DNA of 64,000 bases from an uncultured Acidimicrobiia bacterium (GTDB taxonomy: Bacteria; Actinomycetota; Acidimicrobiia; Spongiisociales; UBA5794), in NCBI GenBank assembly GCA_963792895.1, contig CAWBYA010000006.1, positions 322,260 through 386,259 of the forward strand, given 5' to 3'. Both the position numbers and the translations under genes were made by a program. Numbering within the stretch: position 1 is the stretch's first letter; the number at the start of each line of letters is the position of its first letter. This document shows, piece by piece, positions 1-9,308 of this stretch. The notes below the pieces were generated by a model. That model worked only from the letters and a program-made list of their open reading frames with translations. It made no database searches and was not told the DNA's origin.

Positions 1-866
1 TCGTGCGCAAGACCGGTGGTACCCGGCTCGAGCATGTCCTGGGCGTATGTCTGGGCGCGCTCCCACCACACGGCCCTGTCGGCGTCGTCCCACGTCGCTG
101 CGCCGGTGTAGAGCCCCTCGACGAGGCCCTCTTGGTCCGGATACAGCGCCCCGAGCAGACCATACGTGCCGACGAAGACAGGCCAGCCGTCGGCGCCGCC
201 GGTGGTCATGCACTCGTTGCCGGCGGCCTTGACGGCGTCGCACACGCTGACCAATTCGCTCCAGGTGGTCGGGATGTCGACGCCGACGCTGGCCAGCAGG
301 TCGTTGTTGACGAACATGCCGCCGTAGACCGTGCGCCCGAGGTTGACGGAGTACACCCGACCGTCGGACGTGCCGGCCTGCTCGATCGAGGCTTGGTCGT
401 AGTTCTGAACCCACGGCTCGTCCGTGATGTCGAGCAGCAGCCCCGCCTCGATGAGTGTCTGCCACGCCGGCGGCGTTGCGCCGCCCATGTAGTCCTGCAC
501 CGGGTTGGCAAACCCGAACATGTCGATCACGTCGACGTCGTTGGCGGACAGCCGGGTCTGCGTGACGGTGGCCAGGTCGTCGGCGCCGACGACGGCCACG
601 TCGACCGTGACGCCGGGATTGGCCGCTTCGAAGTCGCGGCTGAAGTCCTGGACGAACGTGGTCATCGGCTCCTGGGAGTGGATGAGCACTCGCAGCGTGA
701 CGGGTTCGTCCAACGGAGCTGCCGTCGTGTCGGTGCCGCCGGCTGCCGTCGTGTCGGTGCCGCCGGCTGCCGTCGTGTCGGCGCCGCCTGTGTCGTCGTC
801 GCCGCCGCACGCGGTTGCAATCAGCGCAAACGCAAAGACGACGGCAAGCCATCTGAGTCGTTTCAT
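1..866 (-). CDS. sugar ABC transporter substrate-binding lipoprotein (family-1 SBP), partial; C-terminus lies beyond the window start
   Basis: Absent from the ORF track because no stop codon falls inside the window. Minus-strand reading from ATG (complement of 864-866, preceded by GGAGAAACCAGGA) gives MKRLRWLAVVFAFALIATACGGDD (lipobox ATAC), then a Thr/Ala/Gly-rich linker and an SBP-like body (…VYSVNLGRTVYGGMFVNNDLLASVGVDIPTTWSELVSVCDAVKAAGNECMTT…). The listed + ORF 3..1010 is its antisense. Confidence 0.75.
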   Translation of the reverse strand, partial: MKRLRWLAVVFAFALIATACGGDDDTGGADTTAAGGTDTTAAGGTDTTAAPLDEPVTLRVLIHSQEPMTTFVQDFSRDFEAANPGVTVDVAVVGADDLATVTQTRLSANDVDVIDMFGFANPVQDYMGGATPPAWQTLIEAGLLLDITDEPWVQNYDQASIEQAGTSDGRVYSVNLGRTVYGGMFVNNDLLASVGVDIPTTWSELVSVCDAVKAAGNECMTTGGADGWPVFVGTYGLLGALYPDQEGLVEGLYTGAATWDDADRAVWWERAQTYAQDMLEPGTTGLAH

Positions 867-945
867 TCCTGGTTTCTCCTCTTCTCCGAATCCCAATTCA
901 GGGACGCTCCATTGGTGTATAGCACTCTCTTGACGAGCGCACCCG

Positions 946-960
946 TTGGGAGCGCTCGCA
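946..960. promoter_or_regulatory. candidate LacI-type operator half/near-palindrome TTGGGAGCGCTCGCA upstream of the SBP gene
   Basis: It shares the core TTGGGAGCGCTC with the double palindrome at 2047-2074. It lies in the 130 bp gap between the SBP start (866) and the lacI-family stop (997). Confidence 0.4.
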
Positions 961-996
961 TCGTCGTGCCGGCAAGACCCTCTTCGTTCCTCCTCG

Positions 997-2040
997 TCAG
1001 TCGTGCGTGAGACTCGTCGACGCCGACCGAACCGCCCCGCACGACTCACGTACGATCAGCTCGGTCGGCATCACAACATGGACGGGCTCGTCGAGCCGTC
1101 CTTCGACCATGTCGAGCAGCAATTCAGCGGCTCGGGCTCCGCTGTCGGCGACCGGCTGGCGCACCGTCGTGAGCGGCGGCATCGACCGCTCGGAGGGCGT
1201 CAGGCCGTCGAACCCCACGAGAGCGATCTCGCCGGGCACGGCGATTCCGGCCTCGGCGAGGGCGCGCAATGCCCCGACGGCCATGGTGTCGGTGGCAACG
1301 AACACTGCCTCGGGATGGGCGCCGATCAACGATCGCATCGCCTCGTACCCGCTTGCCTCGGTGTAGTCGCCATCGCGCATGAGGTCTCGATCCGCGTCGA
1401 GGCCACACACCGCAAGACCCTCCAGGAAGCCGGTGCGCCGATCGCGGCCGGCCGTCGTGTTTGTGGGTGCTCCGATGTACGCGATGCGGCGGTAGCGCTG
1501 ATTGCAGAGGTGGAGTGCGGCAGATCGTGCGCCGCCGACATTGTCGGCATCGACGTAGGTGACGCCTTGCGGTTTGTCGGGACGACCGACCACGACGAAT
1601 GGGAGGCTGCCCTCCTCGAGCCGGCGCAGGAACGGGTCACCCATACGGGTCGCAGTGACGATGAGGCCGTCGACTCGCCCGGCTGCGGCCACACGTGGAT
1701 ACGCCTCTTCCTCCTCGGCAGCGCTCTGGAAGATGAACAGCGCAAGCGTGGTGTCGGCTGCGTTGCATGCCCGACCAACGCCTTGAATGAGCCGTGGGAA
1801 GTAGGGATCGTCGAACAGTGTGTGGACTCTGTGAGGAATCACCAAGCCGAGCACACCGGTGCGATTCGAGGCGAGCGAACGGGCTGCGGCGTTCGGGCTG
1901 TAGCCGGTGTCACGGATGATCGCTTGCACCCGTTTCCGCACCTCGGGACGGACGCTCTTCTCCTCATTGACGACCCGGGAAACCGTTGATCGCGAGACCC
2001 CAGCCAGCCGACCGATCTCCTCGAGCGTCAACTTCACGTC
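997..2040 (-). CDS. LacI-family transcriptional regulator
   Basis: ORF 997..2109 carries the HTH LTLEEIGRLAGVSRSTVSRVVNEE followed by a periplasmic-binding-protein-like sugar-binding core. The likely start is the GTG of VKLTLEE (about 2037-2040) rather than the listed upstream M. Confidence 0.9.
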   Translation of the reverse strand, partial: DVKLTLEEIGRLAGVSRSTVSRVVNEEKSVRPEVRKRVQAIIRDTGYSPNAAARSLASNRTGVLGLVIPHRVHTLFDDPYFPRLIQGVGRACNAADTTLALFIFQSAAEEEEAYPRVAAAGRVDGLIVTATRMGDPFLRRLEEGSLPFVVVGRPDKPQGVTYVDADNVGGARSAALHLCNQRYRRIAYIGAPTNTTAGRDRRTGFLEGLAVCGLDADRDLMRDGDYTEASGYEAMRSLIGAHPEAVFVATDTMAVGALRALAEAGIAVPGEIALVGFDGLTPSERSMPPLTTVRQPVADSGARAAELLLDMVEGRLDEPVHVVMPTELIVRESCGAVRSASTSLTHD

Positions 2041-2046
2041 CCCTCC

Positions 2047-2074
2047 TTGGGAGCGCTCCCGAGAGCGCTCCCAA
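2047..2074. promoter_or_regulatory. double palindromic operator TTGGGAGCGCTCCCGAGAGCGCTCCCAA overlapping the regulator start
   Basis: GGGAGCGCTCCC is a perfect 12-bp palindrome. A second copy follows with one mismatch, and the whole 28-mer is nearly self-complementary. It sits at the predicted start of the LacI-family gene, which suggests autoregulation. Confidence 0.5.
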
Positions 2075-2307
2075 GAACCTACCAAGCGCGTCGTCCGACT
2101 GTCAAACACAACCCGTACGCCCGACTTGTCGAAGGGGGGCCGTCAACGCGACCCTCCCCCCGCCCGATGTTCGCCACGCAGCACTCAGGGGTTCGGTGAC
2201 CGAAGGCGGGCGATGCGTCGAATGGCGCCCCAACGTGGAGCAGGGTGCCGGGAAGCACGATCCGGATCAGCTCTTCGTGCGTCGTGTGGCCGTGCTGCCG
2301 GAGGGGT

Positions 2308-2700
2308 TCACGGTGCCTCGGTGGTCGCGGGCGCCTCGGTCGTGGCGGGTGGATTGGTGTCGTCTGTCGTCGAGCCGTCGTCGCCGGAGTTCGAGACGAG
2401 GACGATGACCAGGATCACGACCGCAACGATGGCGACGAGCGCAGCCGCGATCGTTCCGAGCGACGAGCCGCCGCTCTGGGTGACCTGCACCGCAGGCTGC
2501 ATCGGTTGGGTGGTTGGCGCAGGTGCCGAGGTGCCGGGGGCGGGCGGCGTGCTGACGAGCTCCGCCGGCAATGGGTTCGGATCGGCACCGCTGGTCGCAC
2601 CGCCGTTGCTGACCTGGCTGGTCCAGCCGATTCCGTCCCAGTAGCGATGCAGGTATCGACTGGTCGGATCCGAGTACCAGCCGGAAGGAGTCGGCGTCAC
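2308..2700 (-). CDS. DUF2510 domain membrane-anchored protein
   Basis: The N-terminus GWYSDPTSRYLHRYWDGIGWT matches the GWYPDP…RYWDG…WT signature of DUF2510. A Pro/Thr-rich linker, one TM segment (AALVAIVAVVILVIVLV) and a TTEAP-repeat tail follow. Confidence 0.7.
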   Translation of the reverse strand: MTPTPSGWYSDPTSRYLHRYWDGIGWTSQVSNGGATSGADPNPLPAELVSTPPAPGTSAPAPTTQPMQPAVQVTQSGGSSLGTIAAALVAIVAVVILVIVLVSNSGDDGSTTDDTNPPATTEAPATTEAP

Positions 2701-2899
2701 GAGTTACCTCCTGTTGGGGGAGCCGGCACTCTACGGTGGAGTTGTCGAGTATGCCACCATCCTGGCCGGCCGCATGCCGCGCACTGGGTCTTCGAGCGAT
2801 CGCGCGGATCGATGATCAGGTCGGCGGCGAGAGCCGTCCAGCCGGCCTGGTATGTCGCACCGGTTCGCATACGCCGCGCAGGGAGGTGAGAACAGCGAT

Positions 2900-3577
2900 T
2901 CACTTGCGCGAGTGCGGGCGCTCCCGTCCAATCGACCCGACGAGGTAGGCCACGAGCACGACCAAGAAGATCTGGCCGAACAACGTCTCGATGATGACGA
3001 GCGATCGCCCCAGGTCGGTTGCGGGGGCGAGGTCCCCGTAGCCGAGCGTCGTGATCGTGACGACGGAGAAGTACACGTAGTCCCCGATCTGGCCGGGCCG
3101 ACCGTCGGTGAAGAGGCTCTCGACTGTCGCCTGGCCAACGGCGCTGTAGGCGAACGCAAAGACCAGAGCGATCTCGATGTAGGCGGCTAGCGCTGCGATC
3201 ACCTCCCGCACACCGAGGCGCGGTTGCTCGAAAATCCTGCGGACCAGTGCAAACACCCCGTAGGCCATGGCCGCAGCAACGCCGAGCGAGACGCTGATCG
3301 AGAATCCGTCCACGTCGGCGGCGGGCGCAAGGACTACGGCGACCGCAGACAGCCCCGCTCCGACCAGCACCAGGTTCATTCGCTTCGGGGAGGATCCGGT
3401 GGCGCGGAGCGTGCCGACGACTGCGGAGATCACGGCCAGGCTCACGGCGACGAACGCGACTTGCGAGCCTTCGGCGAATGTCGCCGTACCGAGCGCGGCA
3501 ACCAGGAGGAGAAACACCGGAAGGTACCGGTCCGTTGCGTAGAGCGCCTCGGGTCGGGCAAGCTGGCCGGACTGCAT
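2900..3577 (-). CDS. two-TM-type potassium channel family protein
   Basis: Pore helix plus selectivity filter VTITTLGYGDLAP, with TM helices before and after it. The internal Met of ORF 2900..4051 (MQSGQLARPE…) was chosen as start because the upstream 158 aa are Arg/Ser-rich and non-protein-like. Confidence 0.75.
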   Translation of the reverse strand: MQSGQLARPEALYATDRYLPVFLLLVAALGTATFAEGSQVAFVAVSLAVISAVVGTLRATGSSPKRMNLVLVGAGLSAVAVVLAPAADVDGFSISVSLGVAAAMAYGVFALVRRIFEQPRLGVREVIAALAAYIEIALVFAFAYSAVGQATVESLFTDGRPGQIGDYVYFSVVTITTLGYGDLAPATDLGRSLVIIETLFGQIFLVVLVAYLVGSIGRERPHSRK

Positions 3578-3677
3578 CGAGTGAGCGTAACGTTGGGCCC
3601 CACGGTGCGAGTGGCAATCGACCATCCCCGCCGCGCCGGGACCGGGCGACCGCTCCTCCGTTCGGCGAGCTGTTGCT

Positions 3678-5348
3678 TCAGCTCGGCGCCCGCACCCAGA
3701 AGCGATACATCGCGGCGAACAGCGCCGGGAATGCCCGCTCAAGCTCGTCCCAGTTGGTGAGGTCGCGCCCCGTCGGCTCGTCGGGGAATGCCTCCAGGTA
3801 GAGCGCACGGATGCGGGGAGACAGCAGTTCGAAGCCGAGGAACGCGAGACCCATGGCGGCGACGGCCCGCTGGATGCGAGGGATGACGAATCGGTCCTCG
3901 TGTGCGGGGAAGAAGAGGTCGCGGCAGCCGCTTCGGGAGAAGAAATCGGGGGTCCCGGCGAGTGAGCGTGCCGGGCTGTTGGACGGAAGGCTGCGAACGA
4001 GGGTGCGCACTGCACGAATACCGTCGAGCGTTGGCTCGAGCGCCCTCTCACTGATGAGCCGGGTGACGGGATCGAGGAGGCTGCGTCCGTACCGGCTGTA
4101 CAGGCCGAGCTTCATGAGTCCACCGGGTCGCGTCAGTGCGCGCAACCGCCGCCAACCCGCTTCGGGGTCGGCCATGTGATGGAGCACCCCGACTGCCTCG
4201 ACAACGTCGAACACGCGGCCGAGGTCTTGGAGCTCCAGAATGTCGGCGTGAGCGAACTCGACGTTGGCGATACCGAGCCGGCGTGCCTGGCGCTCGCCGT
4301 AGGCCAGCGAGGCGAGACTCAGGTCGACCGCCAGCACCCGAGCGCCCTGGTAGCGGGCGGCCGTCAACAACGCATGCCGTCCTGTTCCGCATCCGGCGAT
4401 GAGGATGTCGGGCTCGGCAATGTCGATCGTTGCCGCGAGCTCCGGGTTGCCCAGTGCCGCAGCCACACGCTCGCCGAGCGGGCGGGGGTCCGGATCCGGA
4501 ATGTGCCGCCAGCGCGGGTACGGGCGCTCCTCGTATTGGGCGCGGACAGAGCGCGAGACGCTGTCCGCGATGCTGCCGAGGCGGGGAAGCGAGCGGGCCA
4601 GCATCTGTTCCTCGCCCGGTTCGGCGATGTGGCGTCTCACGACTTCTGCGGTCGACGAGTCCTCCAACTCAGGGGCCGCCGCCAGATGAGCGTGGTCGTC
4701 GCCGAGCGACCGGTACATCGCATAGACCAGAACAGCAAGATGAGGCGGCCTGCCGAGGCTTGCGCCATGAAGACGACCCGCCAGCGCGGCCAGCTGGTCC
4801 GCCTCGCGTCCGCTCTCCTCATATACCCACTCCGTCGTTTGCATCTGAAAGGCGACCGCAGCCAGGAGATTGGGCGAGGGCCACGGAAACGGCGCATTCG
4901 TCGACAGCGCATCGAGCCAGGCTGCCCGGAGGGCCGTGAGCGCCACCTCGACTTCGGCGGACGCATACACGTGGTCGGACAGCAGGCGGATCGAGAGCGG
5001 CTCGTCGAGTCCCCGCGCCAGCGTCACCAGCGACGCAGCAGACGGCGACCCGCGGCCGCCGATCTGGTCGAGCACCTCGGGAGCGGCCGGTAGCGCGGTC
5101 AGGCGGCGCGCAGCGACCCCCACGAGTCGCTGGTGATCGACGCGATCGTCCGCAGCGAGGGCGGCGATGGCACGATCGAGGCGGGCGTCCGCAACAGGGT
5201 CGGACGCCGACACCAGCGCACTGATGAAGCGCTGCCGGGCGCCAGCGTCGTCGGGTTCGGTCAGGTACGCCCGGGCGATATCGGGGAGGGTGCGACGCTG
5301 AGGCGCGTCGCCTGGAGCGACCCGGTCAGCGGCCACGATCGTCGCCAC
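3678..5348 (-). CDS. class I SAM-dependent methyltransferase with a long N-terminal helical (TPR-like?) region
   Basis: SAM-binding motif I DILIAGCGTGRHALLTAARYQGARVLAVDLS and motif-II-like FDVVEAVGVLHHM. The ORF is long and clean with high third-position GC. Confidence 0.8.
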   Translation of the reverse strand: MATIVAADRVAPGDAPQRRTLPDIARAYLTEPDDAGARQRFISALVSASDPVADARLDRAIAALAADDRVDHQRLVGVAARRLTALPAAPEVLDQIGGRGSPSAASLVTLARGLDEPLSIRLLSDHVYASAEVEVALTALRAAWLDALSTNAPFPWPSPNLLAAVAFQMQTTEWVYEESGREADQLAALAGRLHGASLGRPPHLAVLVYAMYRSLGDDHAHLAAAPELEDSSTAEVVRRHIAEPGEEQMLARSLPRLGSIADSVSRSVRAQYEERPYPRWRHIPDPDPRPLGERVAAALGNPELAATIDIAEPDILIAGCGTGRHALLTAARYQGARVLAVDLSLASLAYGERQARRLGIANVEFAHADILELQDLGRVFDVVEAVGVLHHMADPEAGWRRLRALTRPGGLMKLGLYSRYGRSLLDPVTRLISERALEPTLDGIRAVRTLVRSLPSNSPARSLAGTPDFFSRSGCRDLFFPAHEDRFVIPRIQRAVAAMGLAFLGFELLSPRIRALYLEAFPDEPTGRDLTNWDELERAFPALFAAMYRFWVRAPS

Positions 5349-5522
5349 GGACGTTCAGGTGGGGCGAGCGGGCGTTGCGGGCCTCACCACCCAACAGGCG
5401 CGACACGAGCGACAATGTGAGCGAGCCTTTGCCCTGAACCCGTGGTCCTCGTCGACCGACCGGTGTACGTCGTCGTGAGCTCGATCGTGCGGGACCGGGC
5501 GATCCGAGGCCAGCCGTCTGGT

Positions 5523-5711
5523 TCAGCCCAGGATCCGCGCCTTCTGGGCGGCGAATTCCTCGTCGGTGAGGATTCCCTGATCGTGCAACGCCGCCAGTTC
5601 CTTCAGCTTGTCGATCTGATCCATCGTCATCCCACCGGCCGGCGCTGCAGCCTGAGGTGGAGGCGGCGCTTGAGCAGGTGGCGCCTCGGCCGGTGGTTGC
5701 GGCGGTGTCAT
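5523..5711 (-). CDS. SHOCT-domain small protein
   Basis: The C-terminus MTMDQIDKLKELAALHDQGILTDEEFAAQKARILG matches the SHOCT signature. The start is set at the Met preceded by GAGG (MTPPQPPAE…). The upstream part of listed ORF 5523..5807 is Arg-rich. Confidence 0.6.
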   Translation of the reverse strand: MTPPQPPAEAPPAQAPPPPQAAAPAGGMTMDQIDKLKELAALHDQGILTDEEFAAQKARILG

Positions 5712-5839
5712 CGCCGACCTCATGGCGGCTTGCCGCCGGTTCACCCGTCGCGACGTTCGCCGGGATGTTCGTCTCGCCGTCCTTCGTGCTGGACCTCGTG
5801 CGATCATGTGCTTCCTCCTCGTTTCTTGGGTGCCCGGCG

Positions 5840-6577
5840 TCAGCCGACGAGCGCCTCGTCGATCAGCCCCGCCTCCGCCAGCACTCGTGCGCCATCGAGA
5901 GCGCTCGCCGTCGGCACGATGCCGCCATCGACCAGCGCCTGAAGAGCCTCTGCAGCGATCACCGCCCGGACTGCGTTCTCGACGTCGTCGACAACGGCGA
6001 GCGCCTCGATCGACCTGAGCACCGCAGCTCCTTCGACTGCCGCCGCGGCTTCGATGGCCTCCAGCGCCTCAGCCGTGGCAAGCGCCTCGGCGCCGATCAT
6101 GATCAATGCGTCGGGGGAGAGGAACCCCTGGAGCAGTGGCGTGCCGCCGGCAGAGGCCACGGCGTCGCGGAAGCCGGCGGCCCACCGGTGCTCGACGAGC
6201 AAGAGGCCGGCCGCGGTCCCCGGCTCGAGCTCGTCGGCAAGGCCGACGATGTCCTCCTGCGACAGACCGGCTGTGCGGTCGGTGTCCGCTGCGGCGCCCT
6301 CGCTCGAGTCCTCACCCGCCTCCATGTCCAATCCGAGGAGCATGGCCAGCAGCTCGCCTGCGTCGACGATCTCCCCGTCCCCGGCTCCGTCTGCGGTCTC
6401 GTCGTCCAGCTCCAGGACGACGATGTCACCGTTGCGCTCCTTTGCCATGAACAGCACGTCCATCACGCGGATCAATCCACTCGCCTCGAGCCGGTCGAGC
6501 TCGTCGAGAATCTGCCCCCGGAACCTGTCGATCGTGTCGAATCCGTAGGCAACGAACTGGATTGGGCCCATTGACAT
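5840..6577 (-). CDS. hypothetical protein with a conserved N-terminal domain and an Ala/Glu-rich repetitive C-terminal half
   Basis: Third-position GC is about 85%. The N-terminus MSMGPIQFVAYGFDTIDRFRGQILDELDRLEASGLIRVMDVLFMAKERNGDIVVLE follows the same pattern as the N-terminus of the 46588..47082 product. The C-terminus has EALEAIEAAAAVEGAAV…-type repeats. Confidence 0.6.
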   Translation of the reverse strand: MSMGPIQFVAYGFDTIDRFRGQILDELDRLEASGLIRVMDVLFMAKERNGDIVVLELDDETADGAGDGEIVDAGELLAMLLGLDMEAGEDSSEGAAADTDRTAGLSQEDIVGLADELEPGTAAGLLLVEHRWAAGFRDAVASAGGTPLLQGFLSPDALIMIGAEALATAEALEAIEAAAAVEGAAVLRSIEALAVVDDVENAVRAVIAAEALQALVDGGIVPTASALDGARVLAEAGLIDEALVG

Positions 6578-6655
6578 CGTGCGCTCCTCCTGGGGGTCTG
6601 TGCATTCGGCAATCTAACGTCGCTTGTCTCGTTCCGTGGATGACGGCAGATGCGC

Positions 6656-7591
6656 CTACGTCGGCGGCAGAACGCCACCTCCGAACACCGTTGCCCAGTC
6701 GTCTCGCATGCTGACGACGGTCCATCCGAGGCGCGCCGCCGAATCGAGTACTGGTTCCGTAGGGACGAACGTCCCGGCGACTCCCTCGTAGCGGTATTCC
6801 CGGTCCGCGTCGTCATGGTCGATGAGGAGGGCGAGGGTCGGGCCGTCGCCGGTGGAGACGTACTCCAGCATCTCGGCATCGCCGGGCGAGTTACCGGCGG
6901 CGAAGATGGGGCGCCGCCCTATCTGCCGTTGGATGCCCGGCAGCTTGGCCGGGCCCTCGTTGGGGTCGCCGTCGAGCTGAGCCGTCCGGTACAGGCTCAG
7001 CGTCCCATCCGCCCGTCGCACTTCGTAGGTCACTCGTGACCCGATCACCCGTTCGGGCGCGACGCCGTACAGCTGCTCGCTCACGGCACGCACGAAGTCG
7101 GCGCCGCCCGCCGTGCCGATGAAGACGCGGAAGTCCCGCTCGCGTAGCTGTGCGATGAGCTCGAGCATGGGGACGTACACGAGGTCGCCGAACGCCACAC
7201 CGTGCTCCGGATGACGTGCCTCGGCGAAGAAGCGCTCGACGCGAGCGTTGAACTCCTCGGGGGTGATGTCCGCAAAGAGGTCGACGAGGGCCATGGCTAC
7301 TCGCTCGAGCCCAAACTCGCCCATGGCGGCACGGTCGCCGTCGAGCACGGCGCGGTACTCATGACGCTCCGCCAGCTCGGGACGAGCCGCGGCTGCAGAC
7401 CGCAATTCCGCAACGAAGAAATGCACCTGCGGGTAGGTCGGCTTCTCGCACCACAGAGTACCGTCGTTGTCGAAGATGGCGATGCGATCCCGCGGATGTG
7501 CCTGTTCGGCGTTCTTCAGGAAACCGAGTACCGCATCCCGTGCCGTGCCGGGCCGCCAGGACGGGAGCACCCCGTCCTGGCTTACGGCCAC
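6656..7591 (-). CDS. HAD-superfamily hydrolase
   Basis: Motif I IAIFDNDGTLW, and later FIGTAGGADFV / AAGNSPGDAEML-type HAD motifs. It lies 22 bp downstream of the sulfatase gene on the same strand. Confidence 0.85.
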   Translation of the reverse strand: MAVSQDGVLPSWRPGTARDAVLGFLKNAEQAHPRDRIAIFDNDGTLWCEKPTYPQVHFFVAELRSAAAARPELAERHEYRAVLDGDRAAMGEFGLERVAMALVDLFADITPEEFNARVERFFAEARHPEHGVAFGDLVYVPMLELIAQLRERDFRVFIGTAGGADFVRAVSEQLYGVAPERVIGSRVTYEVRRADGTLSLYRTAQLDGDPNEGPAKLPGIQRQIGRRPIFAAGNSPGDAEMLEYVSTGDGPTLALLIDHDDADREYRYEGVAGTFVPTEPVLDSAARLGWTVVSMRDDWATVFGGGVLPPT

Positions 7592-7613
7592 ATCTCTCGT
7601 CCCCTCGGGAATC

Positions 7614-9143
7614 TCACGAGCTGGGAATGCCGGCCTTCAGCTTCTCGAGCATGCTGCTCACCGTGAAGCTGGCGGACTCTTGGCGCGGAGGAAACTCGGC
7701 GAGCGACGCCGCCATCTGCGCCACGAAGGTCTGCGCCGGAATCAGCAAGTAGGCGCGGTCGATGAGCCAGTCGTAGTAGGTGTTCGACGTGATGTCGGCC
7801 CGCTCGAACGGGTCGGTGCGCAGATTGAAGATCTTCGGAACTCGAAGCTCGGTGAAGGGCTCCGCCCACACCCGCAACGTTCCGGGGGCGCGCTGCTCGA
7901 GGAACACGATCTTCCAGTTGTACATACGGAGCGCGGTGAGGTCGCCATCGTCGGAGACGTAGAAGAAGTAGTTCCTGGGGCTCTCGTCGGCCTCTCCCGT
8001 GATGTAGGGCAACTGATTGAAGCCGTCGAGGTGCACCTTGTATGTCGTCCCGTTCAGCTCGTGACCGGCCTTCAACTTGTCGGCGATGTCCGGCTCCCCG
8101 GCGGCAGCGAGCAGCGTCGTAAACCAATCGTTGTGGCTGACGATGCCGTTGAGCACCGTCCCCGGCTCGATGTGCCCCGGCCAGCGGGCCAGGGAAGGCA
8201 CCCGGTACGCGCCCTCCCAGTTGGAGTTCTTCTCGTTCCGAAACGGCGTCATCCCTCCGTCCGGCCAGGTGTTCATGTGCACGCCGTTGTCGGTGCTGTA
8301 GAGCACGATCGTGTCTTCGGCGATCCCGAGCTCGTCGAGCAGGTCGAGCATCTTCCCGATCCGCTTGTCGTGCTCCACCATCCCATCGTGGTACTCGGAC
8401 TGCCAGCGTCCGGCTTGACCTCGAATCTCGTCGGCGATGTGAGTGCGGAAGTGCATTCCCGTGGTGTTGAACCACACGAAGAAGGGGGTTTCACCCTCCA
8501 CCGCGTCCCGGATGAAGCGCTGGGCGGGCTCGATGATCTCGTCGTCGATCGTCTCCATGCGCTTCTTGGTCAGCGGGCCGGTGTCTTCGATCCGCCCGTC
8601 GGCGAAACTGTGGATCACCCCGCGGGGCCCGAACTTCTCGCGGAAGTGGGGGAAGTCCGCCTCGGGGGGATAGTCGGCGTTCTCAGGCTCTTCCTCGGCG
8701 TTCAGGTGATAGAGGTTGCCGAAGAACTCGTCGAAGCCGTGGTTCGTCGGGAGGAACTCATCTCGATCACCGAAGTGGTTCTTGCCGAACTGGCCCGTGG
8801 CGTACCCCTGCGCTTTCAGCGCCGTCGCGATCGTCGGGTCCTCGTCGCGGAGCCCGAGATCGGCGCCGGGCAAGCCAACCTTGGTGAGCCCGGTGCGGTA
8901 CGGGTTCTGCCCGGTGATGAAAGCGGCACGACCGGCCGTGCACGACTGCTCGCCGTAGTAGTCGGTGAACCGAACCCCCTCGGCGGCGATGCGATCGATG
9001 TTGGGCGTCCGATACCCCATCAAGCCGTCGCTGTAGCAACTCAGGTTCGAGATCCCGATGTCGTCTCCCCACAACACCAGGATGTTGGGCTTCCCGTTCG
9101 GCATTAGTGCGGTCGTCTCCCGTCTCGCTGCGAACCGGCGCAA
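7614..9143 (-). CDS. arylsulfatase (type I sulfatase family)
   Basis: Motifs ILVLWGDDIG, sulfatase signature region QSCTAGRAAFITGQNPYRTG, GKNHFG and YSTDNG. The true start may be the internal MPNGKPNIL (about 9104). Confidence 0.9.
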   Translation of the reverse strand: MRRFAARRETTALMPNGKPNILVLWGDDIGISNLSCYSDGLMGYRTPNIDRIAAEGVRFTDYYGEQSCTAGRAAFITGQNPYRTGLTKVGLPGADLGLRDEDPTIATALKAQGYATGQFGKNHFGDRDEFLPTNHGFDEFFGNLYHLNAEEEPENADYPPEADFPHFREKFGPRGVIHSFADGRIEDTGPLTKKRMETIDDEIIEPAQRFIRDAVEGETPFFVWFNTTGMHFRTHIADEIRGQAGRWQSEYHDGMVEHDKRIGKMLDLLDELGIAEDTIVLYSTDNGVHMNTWPDGGMTPFRNEKNSNWEGAYRVPSLARWPGHIEPGTVLNGIVSHNDWFTTLLAAAGEPDIADKLKAGHELNGTTYKVHLDGFNQLPYITGEADESPRNYFFYVSDDGDLTALRMYNWKIVFLEQRAPGTLRVWAEPFTELRVPKIFNLRTDPFERADITSNTYYDWLIDRAYLLIPAQTFVAQMAASLAEFPPRQESASFTVSSMLEKLKAGIPSS

Positions 9144-9308
9144 CTCTAGTTGGCGGTCTCAGCCCGGCCCAAGTTCGTCCCGGCCAACGATGAACCTCGG
9201 GAATGTCGCTTGAAGCGAAGTCCGGCAGGACCGATGTGATGCTCCCGTAACGTGCTTGGTCGCGTACTGCGGCCGACACGCCGTGACCGTACCTACCCTT
9301 CCGCCCGC

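Noticed and set aside
3-1010. 335-aa + strand ORF at the window start
   Set aside because: It is the antisense of the substrate-binding-protein gene; composition is Arg/Val/Asp-rich and typical of reverse-strand reading of a high-GC gene.
2697-3617. 306-aa minus ORF overlapping the K+ channel gene
   Set aside because: Alternative frame; Arg-rich; the channel frame carries the TLGYGD filter.
7582-8475. 297-aa minus ORF inside the sulfatase locus
   Set aside because: Alternative frame of the sulfatase gene; Arg-rich, no motifs.
7467-9107. 546-aa + ORF
   Set aside because: Antisense to the sulfatase gene, which has unambiguous family motifs.
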